This document shows positions 63,081 through 64,000 of a DNA stretch of 64,000 nucleotides, in pieces (within the stretch, counting starts at the first letter, position 1; every line of letters starts with the position of its first letter). A program made the position numbers and the translations under genes. Source of the stretch: an uncultured Rhodothermaceae bacterium (lineage in GTDB: Bacteria > Bacteroidota > Rhodothermia > Rhodothermales > JAHQVL01); contig CAZGHT010000004.1 of NCBI GenBank assembly GCA_964525535.1, forward strand, positions 23,902 through 87,901. The letters are read 5' to 3'. A model generated the notes under the pieces. That model was not told where the DNA came from. It did no database searches and saw only the letters and a list, made by a program, of their open reading frames with translations.

Positions 63081-64000
63081 ATGAGAAAAAAAGTCGTTGT
63101 GGTAGGGGCTGGGTTCGGAGGGCTGAGTGTGGTCAGACATTTGCGAAAGGCGCCGGTTGACGTCGTGTTGATCGACAAGCACAATTATCATACGTTTCAG
63201 CCGCTTCTGTATCAGGTAGCGACAGCGGGTCTGGAAGCGGAAGAAATCGCTCATTCGATCAGGGGCATTTTCCATAAGCAGAAAAACTTTGAGTTTTGCC
63301 TGGGCGAAGCAAGGAGCGTAGACTGGGCCAGCAACCACGTGGAGCTCAGAAACGGAATCAGAGTTTCGTTCGACTATCTGGTATTGGCTGCGGGAGGGAC
63401 GACAAACTACTTCGGCGTGGCGGGTGCAGAGCGTTACGGTTTTGCCCTGAAAAACCTGGAAGAAGCGGTCAGGCTGAGATCCCACATCATCACCTGTTTC
63501 GAACTGGCCGACCAGATGCGCGATCGGTTCGAACCGGGCATGATACATATTGTTGTGGTTGGTGGGGGGCCTACCGGAGTCGAGATGGCCGGTGCTCTCT
63601 GCGAGCTTTTTCAGAAGGTGCTTCGTAAAGATTATCCAAAATTGCCTGAGGATGCGTTTAGGGTTACTCTCGTAGAGGGCTTCCCTCATTTGCTGAATGC
63701 CTACCATCCCTCCTCACAGAAGTACGCGCTGAAGCAGCTCAGAAGAAAAGGTGTACATGTAATGCTCGATAGGCAGGTGACTGAGGTCACGGATTCGACC
63801 GTTATGCTGGATTCGGGCGAAGTGTTGGAGGCCAACACGTTGGTCTGGGCCGCAGGCATTCGCGCAAATTCACTGGCTGAATGGATTAATTTGCCGACCA
63901 CCCGTGGCGGTCGCGTTGAAGTGGAGGACAATCTGAGCGTGAAAGGGTATGGGAATGTGTTCGTCGTCGGCGACCTTGCCGGCAGCCAGGACGATGAGGG
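63081..64000 (+). CDS. ndh: type II NADH:quinone oxidoreductase (NDH-2), 3'-truncated by window end
   Basis: My own translation from ATG 63081 is open to the window end: MRKKVVVVGAGFGGLSVV...HNYHTFQPLLYQVATAGL...IVVVGGGPTGVEMAGAL...VFVVGDLAG (two dinucleotide-binding folds). Not in the ORF track because no stop is reached. Confidence 0.9.
   Translation, partial: MRKKVVVVGAGFGGLSVVRHLRKAPVDVVLIDKHNYHTFQPLLYQVATAGLEAEEIAHSIRGIFHKQKNFEFCLGEARSVDWASNHVELRNGIRVSFDYLVLAAGGTTNYFGVAGAERYGFALKNLEEAVRLRSHIITCFELADQMRDRFEPGMIHIVVVGGGPTGVEMAGALCELFQKVLRKDYPKLPEDAFRVTLVEGFPHLLNAYHPSSQKYALKQLRRKGVHVMLDRQVTEVTDSTVMLDSGEVLEANTLVWAAGIRANSLAEWINLPTTRGGRVEVEDNLSVKGYGNVFVVGDLAGSQDDE

Overview
This 64-kb chromosomal window carries mostly housekeeping and envelope/secretome genes. 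It probably comes from an FCB-group bacterium (Bacteroidota/Rhodothermota/Balneolota-like). Two cargo proteins end in type IX secretion (T9SS) C-terminal sorting domains, and there is a block of Planctomycete-type heme / DUF1549-DUF1553 / DUF1501 genes. Confident core genes are gyrB, pyrG, fabF, acpP, metK, rnc, gcvP, rpoN, ruvB, a 7Fe-type ferredoxin and ahcY. A 3'-truncated type-II NADH dehydrogenase is also present but absent from the ORF track because it runs off the window. Accessory content: a GT2-GT4-methyltransferase trio; three large secreted zinc metalloproteases (DUF4953-type, M36-like with T9SS CTD, M1); a 2339-aa T9SS cargo with seven tandem ~159-codon domains; tandem secreted alpha/alpha-toroid (prenyltransferase/squalene-cyclase-repeat) paralogs followed by a CheR-PAS protein; an orphan Tat-signal TRAP solute-binding protein; a TolC + MlaC-like pair; a stand-alone SLOG-like protein; and a decayed K+ channel gene. 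I saw no rRNA, tRNA, CRISPR array, transposase or integrase. The most unusual signal is non-coding. A family of 36- to ~130-bp imperfect-palindrome elements all begin and end with GATGTTACGC...GCGTAACATC. They occupy at least 8 intergenic sites here, and two 98-bp copies are 94/98 identical in opposite orientation. Separately, three tandem hairpins with identical loops and covarying stems sit in front of a minus-strand U-tract terminator. Together these look like an undescribed MITE/REP-like repeat system. Its mobility, transcription and any partner protein cannot be judged from this window alone.
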